This document shows positions 40,027 to 54,003 of a stretch of DNA of 64,000 bases, one piece after another. The number at the start of each line of letters is the position of its first letter. Within the stretch, counting starts at the first letter, position 1. This stretch comes from Chrysomallon squamiferum (lineage: Eukaryota; Animalia; Mollusca). The notes beneath the pieces are model-generated. The model saw nothing but the letters and a program-made list of their open reading frames with translations, ran no database searches and had not been told where the DNA came from. The DNA lies in contig CM022674.1 of NCBI GenBank assembly GCA_012295275.1, positions 248,001-312,000 on the forward strand, given 5' to 3'. The position numbers were made by a program, and so were the translations under genes.

Positions 40027-41978
40027 CATTTCATAAACCATTAAGAGAGGACCTGTTTGACAACTGAAATAAAATCTGTTATTAATTTTATATTTCACAA
40101 TAAACATTTCAAATATTAACTCGGTGTTTATTTATAAATGTTGTATTACGAGTACTTACTGGGTGGTCTGACTGAAAGAATCACCTGCAGTTTACCTGTT
40201 TAATACCTGAGTCTTTTCATCAGTGCACTTACACTACTGTGTACAAGAGTAAACAGAAAATTACTCATTACGTGTAAAAATAGAACATTTACGTAAAGTA
40301 AAAACACATCTGATAGTGACAGATGATGTTATAGATGATGAGATCTAAACAACACAGTCTCGTTTTGATCCGGCCCTGACAGCATATAAAAATCAATAAA
40401 GCAAAACTATTTATAATTTTTTATTTGCCTTTCTCATTTTTTTTTTCCCAACCAGTTTAGTTCGTTTCACCTGTATTCAGGTGTGAAGTGTTAACGTAAC
40501 TACGTAAAGGTAGATATAAACTGTTATGATCCACCTGTTTCCACTCAGGTGTTCATTTCACGTCAAGAGTTATTGAAAAGGCAAATGAACTTTTGAGGAA
40601 ATTCTGGCAAGGGCGGGAATGTTGGATTTCAGGAGAGGGGAGCTCACCTGAGAGGGGAGCTCACCTGTTACCCTCGACAGAATAATTCTGTCTTTGCTGA
40701 CAATTTAAGGATTTAATTATTTCAATTTTTTCCCCTCCGGCTTTATATTACAATGAAAATAAATAAATAAATAAAACTAAAATAAAAAATAAAATATATC
40801 AAACGACAAAACAAACAAACAACATAATTAAAAACCTTTTGTATTTAATATTTTTCTTGTTTTGTTTGTTTGTTTGTTTTCTAAATATCTATCCATCTCT
40901 CTATGTGTCTGTCTTTATGTGTCTGTCTTTTTATCTATATATCTATTTATCTATGTCTGTCTGTTTTTCTAAATAACTTTTTTCTTTCCTTCTTTCTAAG
41001 CTAGTTAAAGACCTGTATGCATATTACATATCTCAGCTTATAAATAATCAAGCAAATAATAAATGACTAAACAAACAACAAAAATAAATAAGTAAATAAA
41101 TAAGTAAATAAATAAACAGATAAATAGATAGATAAACAGACAGTCAGCCAGATAGACAGACAGACAGACAGACAGATAAATAAATAAATAAATAAATACA
41201 TAACAGAGCAGATTAAGGACATATATAAGAATAAAGAGTAAAGCAGGAAATAAGTCCTTACATAACAATTGTGTCCACGTAAATTTCAAAGATGTCTCCT
41301 AAATTAGCATCGTTTTCATTGTGAAATTTTCAAACATGCTTTAATAATACAGCGACAAACAATTCCAAGAGCTAAACATATCTGTTGCCGATGCATCTTA
41401 TACTGACAATAAAAACAACAATTTATGAGAGTTAAAAACATAAAAATGCGATGATTTTATGGCCCATAATAATGCATAAAGCGATATGAAAGGACATAAT
41501 TTCACAGCATAAACGATATATATACTTTTATATCTAATAAATACATACATAGCAGACTCGGAACATTCACTTTAATGATGCATAATACATTAAAACAAGA
41601 ACTAAAAATATAAAATTTATTTTGGCAACACTTTGTAAGTTGACAGTAGAACATAATCAGTACGTAAACACATATTTAAACCGGACATAATTGGAAAAAA
41701 AGAACAAAAAATACAAAAAAAAACTGAATTTTTCTGTGATATCGCCGCCAGCCATTTTTTCTCTTTCTTTCAAACGACTGGGACAAACACTCACTTAACA
41801 CATCTACGTGGACGTTTCACACCTTTTCCCAACGTTTGCCACAAAGTTTAGCAAACAGACGTCGCCACATTGTTGCTTTTGTAACCGTGAAAGAGAAATC
41901 GAGTGTGGAAATGTCTGACTCCTGTGTGAAATTGTTTAGTTACAAGAAATATTAACGTTTTGTAATTGTTTGTATCCT

Positions 41979-42069
<91 letters not shown>

Positions 42070-42433
42070 GTCTGTCTCTCTCTGTCTATCTCTGTCTGTC
42101 TCTGTCTCGCACTGTCTATCTCTGTCTCTCTCTGTCTCTCACTGTCTCTCTCTGACTCTGTCTCTGTCTCTCTATCTCTCTGTCTGTCCCTGTCTATGTG
42201 TCTCTTTTATCTGTCTCTCGCAGGTGTTTGTATTTTAATTTTCGCTGTAAATCAAACACAGTGAGGCTGAGAGAGACACACATACCCCGACTCCCTCACA
42301 TTATTATTGTTGTTGTTGTTACTGTTATCATCATCATCATCATCATTATCATTGTTGTTATTGTTTGTTGCTGTTGATGATGCTGCTGCTGTTGCTGTGG
42401 TTGTTACATCAAATTTTCTGTTTTACATTTCAG

Positions 42434-42571
42434 GCCTAATGTATGTCCATACCAAGATATAGAAATGGTTCTAGTCCGGGTTCCGTGCAGACAACCGTTC
42501 ACACGTTTAGTCAAAGTGTGGAAACCTAACTGTGGATATACTCACAACTGGTGTGTCGGGTATGAACGGAG
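42434..42571 (+). CDS. MEGF6: MEGF6-like protein, coding exon 2 (N-terminal part of EMI domain)
   Basis: Acceptor TTTTACATTTCAG| and donor AG|GTAAGT bound 138 nt, phase 2-2. Reads PNVCPYQDIEMVLVRVPCRQPFTRLVKVWKPNCGYTHNWCVGYER(R), matching the PxVC...PCxQ...VWK..C....WCVGxERR pattern of MEGF6 EMI domains. Confidence 0.93.
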
Positions 42572-43006
42572 GTAAGTGTTTGTATTTTAATTTTAATTTC
42601 ATAGAGATGAATAGGTGCGATATATGTTTGGAGGAACAAAGCACATGACATGAATAAAACGACTCACAATAAGAAAATGACGTCATCATTTCACGTCTAA
42701 ATTTCACGGCTACAGAAACTGTATCTCGTAACAGAAATAATTTATGCCGTAACTTGACGTTTTCTTATCTGGATCAGAGCAAGCATTTGTAATGTACGCC
42801 TGACATGGGTAGACAAAAAACACACAAAAACGCAAGATTCTGGATTATCAGCCCATCGCTCGTTTCACATCTACTCTTTTTTATCAGTGAGGCTGGATAT
42901 TCCTGTCTCCATAGAAACCAAGTTTGGCAGACTTCGCAACGGGTGTCGTCTGCTTGATTTATATCACGTGATTTCCGTCACACTGCATAAAACGTCGCTC
43001 GTGTTG

Positions 43007-46000
43007 CACACAGTGGACATCCTACACGATTACACACTGATTTGTCAGTCTTTGTCACTGCCTCGCCCGTTATAACACACAGTGGACATCCTACACGATT
43101 ACACACTGATTTGTCAGTCTTTGTTACTGCCTCGCCCGTTATAACACACAGTGGACATCCTACACGATTACACACTGATTTGTCAGTCTTTGTTACTGCC
43201 TCGCCCGTTATAACACACAGTGGACATCCTACACGATTACACACTGATTTGTCAGTCTTTGTTACTGCCTCGCCCGTTATAACACACAGTGGACATCCTA
43301 CACGATTACACACTGATTTGTCAGTCTTTGTTACTTTGTCACTGCCTCGCCCGTTATAACACACAGTGGACATCCTACACGATTACACACTGATTTGTCA
43401 GTCTTTGTCTTTGTTACTGCCTCGCCCGTTATACACAGTGGACACCACGACACAGTGGACATCCTACACGATTACACACTGATTTGTCAGTCTTTGTCAC
43501 TGCCTCGCCCGTTATAACACACAGTGGACATCCTACACGATTACACACTGATTTGTCAGTCTTTGTTACTTTGTCACTGCCTCGCCCGTTATAACACAGT
43601 GGACATCCTACACGACACAGTGGACATCCTACACGATTACACAGTCTTTGATTTGTACACGATTCTGATTTGTGTCTTTGTTACTGCCTCGCCCGTTATA
43701 ACACACAGTGGACATCCTACACGATTACACACTGATTTGTCACTTTGTTACTGCCTCGCCCGTTATCTGGACATTGTCAGTTTGTTACTGCCTCGCCCGT
43801 TATAACACACAGTGGACATCCTACACGATTACACGCTGATTTGTCAGTCTTTGTTACTGCCTCGCCCGTTATAACACACAGTGGACATCCTACACGATTA
43901 CACACTGATTTGTCAGTCTTTGTTACTGCCTCGCCCGTTATAACACACAGTGGACATCCTACACGATTACACACTGATTTGTCAGTCTTTGTTACTGCCT
44001 CGCCCGTTATAACACACAGTGGACATCCTACACGATTACACGCTGATTTGTCAGTCTTTGTTACTTTGTTACTGCCTCGCCCGTTATAACACACAGTGGA
44101 CATCCTACACGATTACACACTGATTTGTCAGTCTTTGTTACTGCCTCGCCCGTTATAACACACAGTGGACATCCTACACGATTACACGCTGATTTGTCAG
44201 TCTTTACACTTTGTTACTGTCTCGATAACACACAGTGGACATCCTACACGATTCTGATTTGTCAGTCTTTGATTTGTCGTCTTTTACTGCCTCGCCCGTT
44301 ATAACACACAGTGGACATCCTACACGATTACACGCTGATTTGTCAGTCTTTGTTACTTTGTCGCTGTCGTTATAACACACAGTGGACATCCTACACGATT
44401 ACACGCTGATTTTGTCAGTTTTGTTACTGATTTGTGCCTCGCCCGTTATAACACACAGTGGACATCCTACACGATTACACGCTGATTTGTCAGTCTTTGT
44501 TACTTTGTTACTGCCTCGCCCGTTATAACACACAGTGGACATCCTACACGATTACACGCTGATTTGTCAGTCTTTGTTACTTTGTTACTGTCTCGCCCGT
44601 TATAACACACAGTGGACATCCTACACGATTACACGCTGATTTGTCAGTCTTTGTTACTGCCTCGCCCGTTATAACACACAGTGGACATCCTACACGATTA
44701 CACGCTGATTTGTGTCTTTGTCTTCGCCCGTTTTACAGTGGACATCCTACACGATTACACGCTGATTTGTCAGTCTTTGTTACTGTCTCGCCCGTTTTGT
44801 TACACTTTGTCACTGCCTCGCCCGTTATAACACACAGTGGACATCCTACACGATTACACGCTGATTTTGTCTTTGTTCTTTGTTACTGTCTCGCCCGTTA
44901 TAACACACAGTGGACATCCTACACGATTACACGCTGATTTGTCAGTCTTGTCATTCTTTGTTTGTTCGCCCGTTATAACACACAGTGGACATCCTACACG
45001 ATTACACGCTGATTTGTCAGTCTGCCTCGCCCGTTATAACACACAGTGGACATCCTACACGATTACACTGATTTGTCACTGCCTCGCCCGTTATAACACA
45101 CAGTGGACATCCTACACGATTACACACTGATTTGTCAGTCTTTGTTACTTTGTCACTGCCTCGCCCGTTATAACACACAGTGGACATCCTACACGATTAC
45201 ACACTGATTTGTCAGTCTTTGTTACTGCCTCGCCCGTTATAACACACAGTGGACATCCTACACGATTACACGCTGATTTGTCAGTCTTTGTTACTTTGTT
45301 ACTGTCTCGCCCGTTATAACACACAGTGGACATCCTACACGATTACACGCTGATTTGTCAGTCTTTGTTACTGCCTCGCCCGTTATAACACACAGTGGAC
45401 ATCCTACACGATTACACACTGATTTGTCAGTCTTTGTTACTTTGTTACTGCCTCGCCCGTTATAACACACAGTGGACATCCTACACGATTACACGCTGAT
45501 TTGTCAGTCTTTGTTACTTTGTTACTGTCTCGCCCGTTATAACACACAGTGGACATCCTACACGATTACACACTGATTTTGTCAGTCGCCCGTTTGACAT
45601 TACACGATTTGATTTTACTTTGTTACTGCCTCGCCCGTTATAACACACAGTGGACATCCTACACGATTACACGCTGATTTGTCAGTCTTTGTTACTTTGT
45701 CACTGCCTCGCCCGTTATAACACACAGTGGACATCCTACACGATTACACACTGATTTGTCAGTCTTTGTTACTGCCTCGCCCGTTATAACACACAGTGGA
45801 CATCCTACACGATTACACACTGATTTGTCAGTCTTTGTTACTTTGTTACTGCCTCGCCCGTTATAACACACAGTGGACATCCTACACGATTACACACTGA
45901 TTTGTCAGTCTTTGTTCTTTGTCACTGCCTCGCCCGTTATAACACACAGTGGACATCCTACACGATTACACACTGATTTGTCTTTGTCTTTGTTACTGCC

Positions 46001-48983
46001 TCGCCCGTTATAACACACAGTGGACATCCTACACGATTACACACTGATTTTGTCTTTGTTACTTTGCCTCGCCCGTTATAACACACAGTGGACATCCTAC
46101 ACGATTACACACTGATTTGTCAGTCTTTCTTTGTCACTGCCTCGCCCGTTTAACACACAGTGGACATCCTACACGATTACACACAGTCTTTGTCTTTGTC
46201 ACTGCCTCGCCCGGACATCGCCCGTTATAACACACAGTGGACATCCTACACGATTTACACGCTGATTTGTCACTGCCTCGCCCGTCAGTGGACATTGATT
46301 ACACACTGATTTGTCAGTCTTTGTTACTTTGTTACTGCCTCGCCCGTTATAACACACAGTGGACATCCTACACGATTACACGCTGATTTGTCAGTCTTTG
46401 TTACTTTGTCACTGCCTCGCCCGTTATAACACACAGTGGACATCCTACACGATTACACACTGATTTGTCAGTCTTTGTTACTGCCTCGCCCGTTATAACA
46501 CACAGTGGACATCCTACACGATTACACACTGATTTGTCAGTCTTTGTCACTGCCTCGCCCGTTATAACACACAGTGGACATCCTACACGATTACACACTG
46601 ATTTGTCAGTCTTTGTTGTTACGTTATGCACTCGCCCGCACGATTATAACACACACAGTGGACATCCTACACGATTACGATTACACACTGATTTGTCAGT
46701 CTTTGTCACTGCCTCGCCCGTTATAACACACAGTGGACATCCTACACGATTACACACTGATTTGATTTGTCAGTCTTTGTTACTTTGTCACTGCCTCGCC
46801 CGTTATAACACACAGTGGACATCCTACACGATTACACACTGATTTGTCAGTCTTTGTTGCTTTGTCACTGCCTCGCCCGTTATAACACACAGTGGACATC
46901 CTACACGATTACACACTGATTTGTCAGTCTTTGTCACTGCCTCGCCCGTTATAACACACAGTGGACATCCTACACGATTACACACTGATTTGTCAGTCTT
47001 TGTCACTTTGTCACTGCCTCGCCCGTTAAAACACACAGTGGACATCCTACACGATTACACACTGATTTGTCAGTCTTTGTTACTTTGTCACTGCCTCGCC
47101 CGTTATAACACACAGTGGACATCCTACACGATTACACACTGATTTGCTCGCCCGTTATAACACACACAGTGGACATCCCGATTACACACTGATTTGTCAG
47201 TCTTTGGAAAGTCAGTGGACATCCTACACGATTGTCACTGATTTGTCACTTTGTCACTGCCTCGCCCGTTATAACACACAGTGGACATCCTACACGATTA
47301 CACACTGATTTGATTTGTCAGTCGTTTTGTTACACACTTTGTCACTTTGCTTTGCCTCGCCCGTTATAACACACAGTGGACATCCTACACGATTACACAC
47401 TGATTTGTCAGTCTTTGTCACTTTGTCACTGCCTCGCCCGTTATAACACACAGTGGACATCCTACACGATTACACACTGATTTGTCAGTCTTTGTCTTTG
47501 TCACTGCCTCGCCCGTTATAACACACAGTGGACATCCTACACGATTACACACTGATTTTGTCCCCTCGCCCGTTATAACACACAGTGGACATTACACGAT
47601 TACACACTGATTTGTCAGTCTTTTGTCACACAGTGGACATCCTACACGATTACACACTGATTTGTCAGTCTTTGTCACTGCCTCGCCCGTTATAACACAC
47701 AGTGGACATCCTACACGATTACACACTGATTTGTCAGTCTTTGTCACTGCCTCGCCCGTTATAACACACAGTGGACATCCTACACGATTACACACTGATT
47801 TGTCAGTCTTTGTTGCTTTGTCACTGCCTCGCCCGTTATAACACACAGTGGACATCCTACACGATTACACACTGATTTGTCAGTCTTTGTCACTGCCTCG
47901 CCCGTTATAACACACAGTGGACATCCTACACGATTACACACTGATTTGTCAGTCTTTGTTACTGCCTCGCCCGTTATAACACACAGTGGACATCCTACAC
48001 GATTACACACTGATTTGTCAGTCTTTGTTACTTTGTCACTGCCTCGCCCGTTATAACACACAGTGGACATCCTACACGATTACACTGATTTGTCAGTCTT
48101 TGTCACTGCCTCGCCCGTTATAACACACAGTGGACATCCTACACGATTACACACTGATTTGTCAGTCTTTGTCACTGCCTCGCCCGTTATAACACACAGT
48201 GGACATCCTACACGATTACACACTGATTTGTCAGTCTTTGTTCTTTGTCACTGCCTCGCCCGTTATAACACAGTGGACATCCACAGTGGACATCCGTTAC
48301 AGTGGACATTACACGATTACACTGATTTGTCAGTCTTTGTGTCTTTGTCACTGCCTCGCCCGTTATAACACACAGTGGACATCCTACACGATTACACACT
48401 GATTTGTCAGTCTTTGTCACTTTGTCACTGCCTCGCCCGTTAAAACACACAGTGGACATCCTACACGATTACACACTGATTTGTCAGTCTTTGTTACTTT
48501 GTCACTGCCTCGCCCGTTATAACACACAGTGGACATCCTACACGATTACACACTGATTTGTCAGTCTTTGTTACTTTGTCACTGCCTCGCCCGTTATAAC
48601 ACACAGTGGACATCCTACACGATTACACACTGATTTGATTTGTCAGTCTTTGTCACTTTGTCACTGCCTCGCCCGTTATAACACACAGTGGACATCCTAC
48701 ACGATTACACACTGATTTGTCAGTCTTTGTTACTTTGTCACTGCCTCGCCCGTTATAACACACAGTGGACATCCTACACGATTACACACTGATTTGTCAG
48801 TCTTTGTTGCTTTGTCACTGCCTCGCCCGTTATAACACACAGTGGACATCCTACACGATTACACACTGATTTGTCAGTCTTTGTTACTTTGTCACTGCCT
48901 CGCCCGTTATAACACACAGTGGACATCCTACACGATTACACACTGATTTGTCAGTCTTTGTCACTGCCTCGCCTGTTATAACA
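43007..48983. repeat. ~6-kb tandem satellite, 69-bp unit with a 77-bp variant, roughly 80 units, in intron 2
   Basis: Unit CACACAGTGGACATCCTACACGATTACACACTGATTTGTCAGTCTTTGT(T/C)ACTGCCTCGCCCGTTATAA. The 77-bp variant duplicates TTGT(T/C)ACT. Central units are often scrambled. Confidence 0.98.
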
Positions 48984-49193
48984 GGGTAGATATAACAATA
49001 AACTTCACGTCTGTCTGTCACAACGTCTGTAATATAATCTGGTTAAAGCGACGTCATTTTTTTAATGTTTCTGACAGAGTATATATCTATCTTATTTATT
49101 ATTATTTTTTTTTATGACTCGTAGTTTCTTTCGTAAATACAGATGCACACATACAGACAGACATACTGGGACAGATATGCGTGTTTAAGTAAG

Positions 49194-49290
49194 GTTGTCT
49201 TGATGACCGAACTGTAACGTCGTCAGATTTCTGACTGCAGGTGAATGGGTGTCATACGTTCGAGTCCCGTCAGCGGCATCTGACGGGTTT
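49194..49290 (+). mobile_element. Degenerate tRNA-like sequence, probably the head of a tRNA-derived SINE
   Basis: A-box-like GATGACCGAACTGTAA (49202) and B-box GTTCGAGTCC (49258-49267) at Pol III spacing. The acceptor and T stems do not pair well, so this is not a functional tRNA. Confidence 0.5.
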
Positions 49291-51243
49291 GTGAGGTCGT
49301 GATTGGACTTTGTCCTCCTGCGCCAGGGCGTTCAGGAATAGTGTCTATGTGCAGAGTCTATTCAGACGTACATGTGATACAGAATATTCAAATTGTAAAA
49401 TACATACATACATACACACATACATAAATACTTTCACACATGCATCCATACACAGAAACAAAGAAACATTCATAAATACATTCGCACGCACACATATTTA
49501 CACGTGTATCAATATGAGCCTGTCACACACACACACGTGTACGATCTATATTTAGCCTGTCACGTGTTAACCCTGCAACGACACGTTTACAAAGTCGCGT
49601 TGTGTAAATTTTCTCACATACATCAACACCACTTAGCAAACAGTTGTTAACTCGTCCTTCACAACATCCACCCAGATCACAACGTCCTCTCGAGATTCCT
49701 TTTTGAAGGTAACACCAGCGACAACGACAGTTGAACCCAGAATTAAAATAGTCAAGCTTACTGAGCGTTGCTAGACACAGGAATTAAAATAGTCAAAGTT
49801 ACGAAAGGTTGCTGGACAAACCGAAATTTCTCCTGATAGGGACTGGTCGTATAAATTTCTCTCGTGTGTTTGTCTAGGTGACTGGTGACATTCACCCGTG
49901 TTTCTCGCCTGTCACTTGACTTTCTGAGAGGCCAAGGATCTGGTGTCGTTATTAAACGCAGATTTATTTCAAGTGAAAAGATTGCGACCTACCTTGAAAT
50001 GTGTTTGATGTCCCCGTAGAATAATGGCTTTATTGCCTGGTTTTGATAAAGTGCTGATATAAACTCGCTGTGTGTGAAGTGTACAGAGACTGTTTAAGTC
50101 GTTACTGTTTCTGTTTTAATTCTGGGATCTTATTGTCTTTATTTAATTCTACTTTTTGCTGTTGTAGTTGTTTTTCTTCGTGTTGCTTTTATTATTCATT
50201 TTCTTCTTTTTTTTCTTCTTTTTTCTTTCTTTTTCCCTTCTTTTCTTCTCGGCTTTCTTTCTTTTTTTTCCTTCCTTCCTTCCTTTTTGCTTTTTTCTTT
50301 CTTCCTTCATTTTTTCTTTCTTCCTTCCTTTTTCTTTTTCTTTCTTCCTTCCTTTTTCTTTTTCTTCCTTCTCTTTCCCTTTTTTTTTTCTTTCTTTATC
50401 TTTTACTAGCAAAGGTGTCGAACAGCAGCTGATACTCTTTTTTTACACGAACTTGGATAAATCGGTAGTCACCTTACTTAGAATCATTTAATCGTGAACA
50501 GTGACTGAAATCAGCCCTTACACATACAACACAGCGACTGCTACTACCACCACTACTACAACCATTACTACAACGACAACAAAACTGCTGTTTTTCCCAC
50601 TACCACTATTACTGCTGCCAATAATAAGAAAAAGAAGAAAAGAAAAAAGAAGAAGAAGAAACTGAGAACTTCAGAAAAAAGGGACATAATTTGAACATGT
50701 GTGCGGTTTCTTGGCTAAATTCTTCATTCTCTTAAAACTGCGTTGACTTAAAATACCTTCAGTGACGTCAGAAACTACATGAAAAGAGTTGAGTTTTAAT
50801 TTTTTTGGCGTTTTCACCTTTGCTTGAATTTTAATGTTCTTACTGATTTATACCAGCGATGTTAGTGTGAAAAGACAAGGTAATAAATGACGTCATATCA
50901 AAATTAAAGCACACACAAACAGACAGACAGACAGACAAATAGACACAAACATACCTCATACAAAAATACAGAAACCTACCGTAGAGGATAATCAGACGTA
51001 CAAACATACAAACAACCATACAGATTCACCTATACACACAGTGTCACACACATACACACATACACACTTCACGTGGAGATAAGTGGATAGACAAGTAGAA
51101 AGATAAACAGAAATAAAGAGAAAAACATATAAGAGACAGGTGGAATGATTGTGCAAGTGTGTGAGAGAGAGAGAGAGACAAACAGACAGAAGGAGAGACA
51201 CAGAAAGCAAGACAGATATATATAGAGACAGAAACAGACAGAG

Positions 51244-51288
<45 letters not shown>

Positions 51289-51446
51289 AACACCACACTG
51301 AGAAAGACAGACAGAGAGAGAGGAACAAACAGAAGTAAAAACTAATAACATAAAGAGAAATAACAAAATAAAGAATTGAAAAGATAAAGAAAACAGTATA
51401 AATTTTGAAATTACAAATAATAATAATAATAACAATAATAATAATG

Positions 51447-51538
<92 letters not shown>

Positions 51539-51885
51539 CAAAAACAAAAAATATTAAAATAACTGTATGAAAAAGACGAATATGATACACTATACTTACA
51601 TTTATGCTGATAACGGGTCTCTTTTTTTCCTTAAGTCTTCAAAATATTTTTGAATGTTATTTGAGACGCGTATATCATTTAATCTTCGTCTTTAAAAAAT
51701 AAAATGAAACTTTTTATGACCTTTTTGTTTTCTGATAAAAAGGATAAAAATAAAAGTGCCAAACATTTTCATCACTGCGTATGTAAGCTTTAAAGTACAA
51801 CGAAATAACCTTGGTGCGTGTTTTTTTTTTTATTTTTTATTTTTTTTTTTATTTATTTATTTATTTTTTTTTGGTAGTTCTTTTA

Positions 51886-51928
<43 letters not shown>

Positions 51929-53941
51929 AAAAAGAAAAAATGAATTTGTAGAATGGCTTTTTTTTAGTTCTAGATGAAAAGGAAGATAAGACACTGATGA
52001 GGACTGGTTTTATGTTGCATTTAAATTCATATTTTACATTTTTTTGGTCGTTAATTTTGTTGTTGTTGTTGTTGTTGTTGTAAAATGCTATTTTGACAGA
52101 AATGTTACGTGTTTAAGGTTCTGTTGGAATGTTGTCGATTATGTGGCACAAGTGACAGCTGCATAGTTATACAAACAGCAGCAACAACAACATCGCAAAT
52201 TAAAAAAAACAACAACAACAAAATCGGTTTGTTGTTTTTTGCTTGATTTTTGTTTGTTTGTTTTTTTAATTGTTTTTTTCTTGTGATGAGTGTATGTTCT
52301 TTGTCCGTGTATGTTTGTATATGTATTGGAGTGTGCATTTGTTTCTGTCTATTTCTGTGTATGTTGGTGTCTGTTTAGGCGGGTGTATGTGCGTGTGTGT
52401 GTGTGTGACTGTGTATGTCTGTATGATACATATAATTATTATGAGAAAACTGGAAATGACAACAACAACAAAAAAGCAGCAACGATTCTACGCAAAATCA
52501 GTGATATCACGTGACCAGTTCAGAACATTTCAAACTATCTCAGTACACAGACGGAAATGTTAACGAATTATTCAGCATCGGCAACGTAATTTAAATGTGT
52601 ATTTATATGCTGTTATAGACGACAATGTAGTTTTTGATTTTGTTCTCTTAAATTTTCTGTGTTATCAGACAAATGTTCAGAAGGTAGATTTGGAGACAGG
52701 GTTCTAGTAAGTAATCAGAACAGAGTAGACACACTTTGGGTGTGTTTTAAGATGCATACGTGGACGTAGAACATAATGTTATTAGTGTCTCTAACTATAG
52801 CAGGCAGGCGCAGCTTATCAAAAATTACCTTTACAAATACCGCTAGAAAAAAATGTAATCGTTATGTCACAGGGAAGAATCATATGTTTGGCAGAAAACA
52901 GCATTCTGCAAATTCACAGGCGTGGAAAACAAGATTTTATTAACTAGCTATATAATCACGTTATTTCTTCATCTAATTCGATTTTCTTCGTTATCTTGTA
53001 CGAGGTATTTTTCTGTGTGTGTTTCACTCTGGGTGTACAGACACGTGTATCGTGCAGGTTTCAACTTGTTCTACCGGGACGTGCTCGGTTATCGTTAAGT
53101 CTTCAGCTTTGAGACGAGCAAGTAATAAGGTCAAATTCTGTTGCCGATATTTTCTTTTTTAAAGCAGTTCTGAAGAATTTTCTAGGCAATATACAACCTA
53201 CGACGTAATTATAGAAGATTTTTTTTCTTAAAAGTATGGAAATAACTGTTGTAATGTATATGTTTGACGAAAGATGGTTTCGTATTTTCCGCTATATACT
53301 CGTTAATAAAATTTTGTTTTTCGACGCCTACGAATTTTCAGAATGTTTACTGACAAATATTACTGTGACCTAGCGGTTATATGTATTCTAACTTGTATAC
53401 GACCAAAAACGTTTACACACACACACACGACTGACATATTATGAAATGATACTGTTAATGTTATGAAATTATTTTTCTTTCTTCCAGTTTTACTATTTCA
53501 TTTCTCTCTTTCTGTTTCACCAACAACCATTCTACGTTGTTTCAGAAACCTGCAAGTAGCACACTTTCACACCGTCCTTATCAGTTCCGCGTACAAACAA
53601 CGCCTGTCAAAACTGTAATTACGAAACACATGGTTATTACAACTCGCACTGTGTGACCGAGCCTTAAGCGTTACTTTTTCACACACAAATATTTCACCGC
53701 CGAAGGCATAAAAATGAGACCTCGAGACGTGTAAACTGAACTGAAGAATGAGCGAAATAGGACCTTTTTGCTTGAAAGAAGGATAATTGACTTTGAGAGT
53801 CGATATGACATAAGATAAAGTAGCAGTGTGCAAAAAAAAAAGAGACTTATGTTGGTTTTGCTTTTCATGATTTATGTTAGAGAAGAACAAGGTGAATACA
53901 TTTGGTGAATGACGTGAGTAAACAATTACGAGGGGGAGAGG

Positions 53942-54003
<62 letters not shown>

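Noticed and set aside
43007-43150. Self-cleaving ribozyme in the satellite monomer
   Set aside because: No hammerhead core (CUGANGA...GAAA) or recognisable twister/HDV pattern on either strand by eye. An Infernal scan would be needed to exclude it fully.
42978-48459. Repetitive ORFs in the satellite, including a Cys-rich CNRVGCPLC peptide resembling a metal-binding motif
   Set aside because: A 69-bp unit is a multiple of 3, so open frames arise automatically. The 77-bp units break the frame repeatedly, showing no selection for coding.
43007-48983. Satellite as a CRISPR-like array or as RSS/Transib ends (each unit has CACAGTG)
   Set aside because: There are no unique spacers, and irregular units are rearranged pieces of the same monomer. 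No nonamer lies at 12 or 23 nt, and no matching inverted end or transposase was found.
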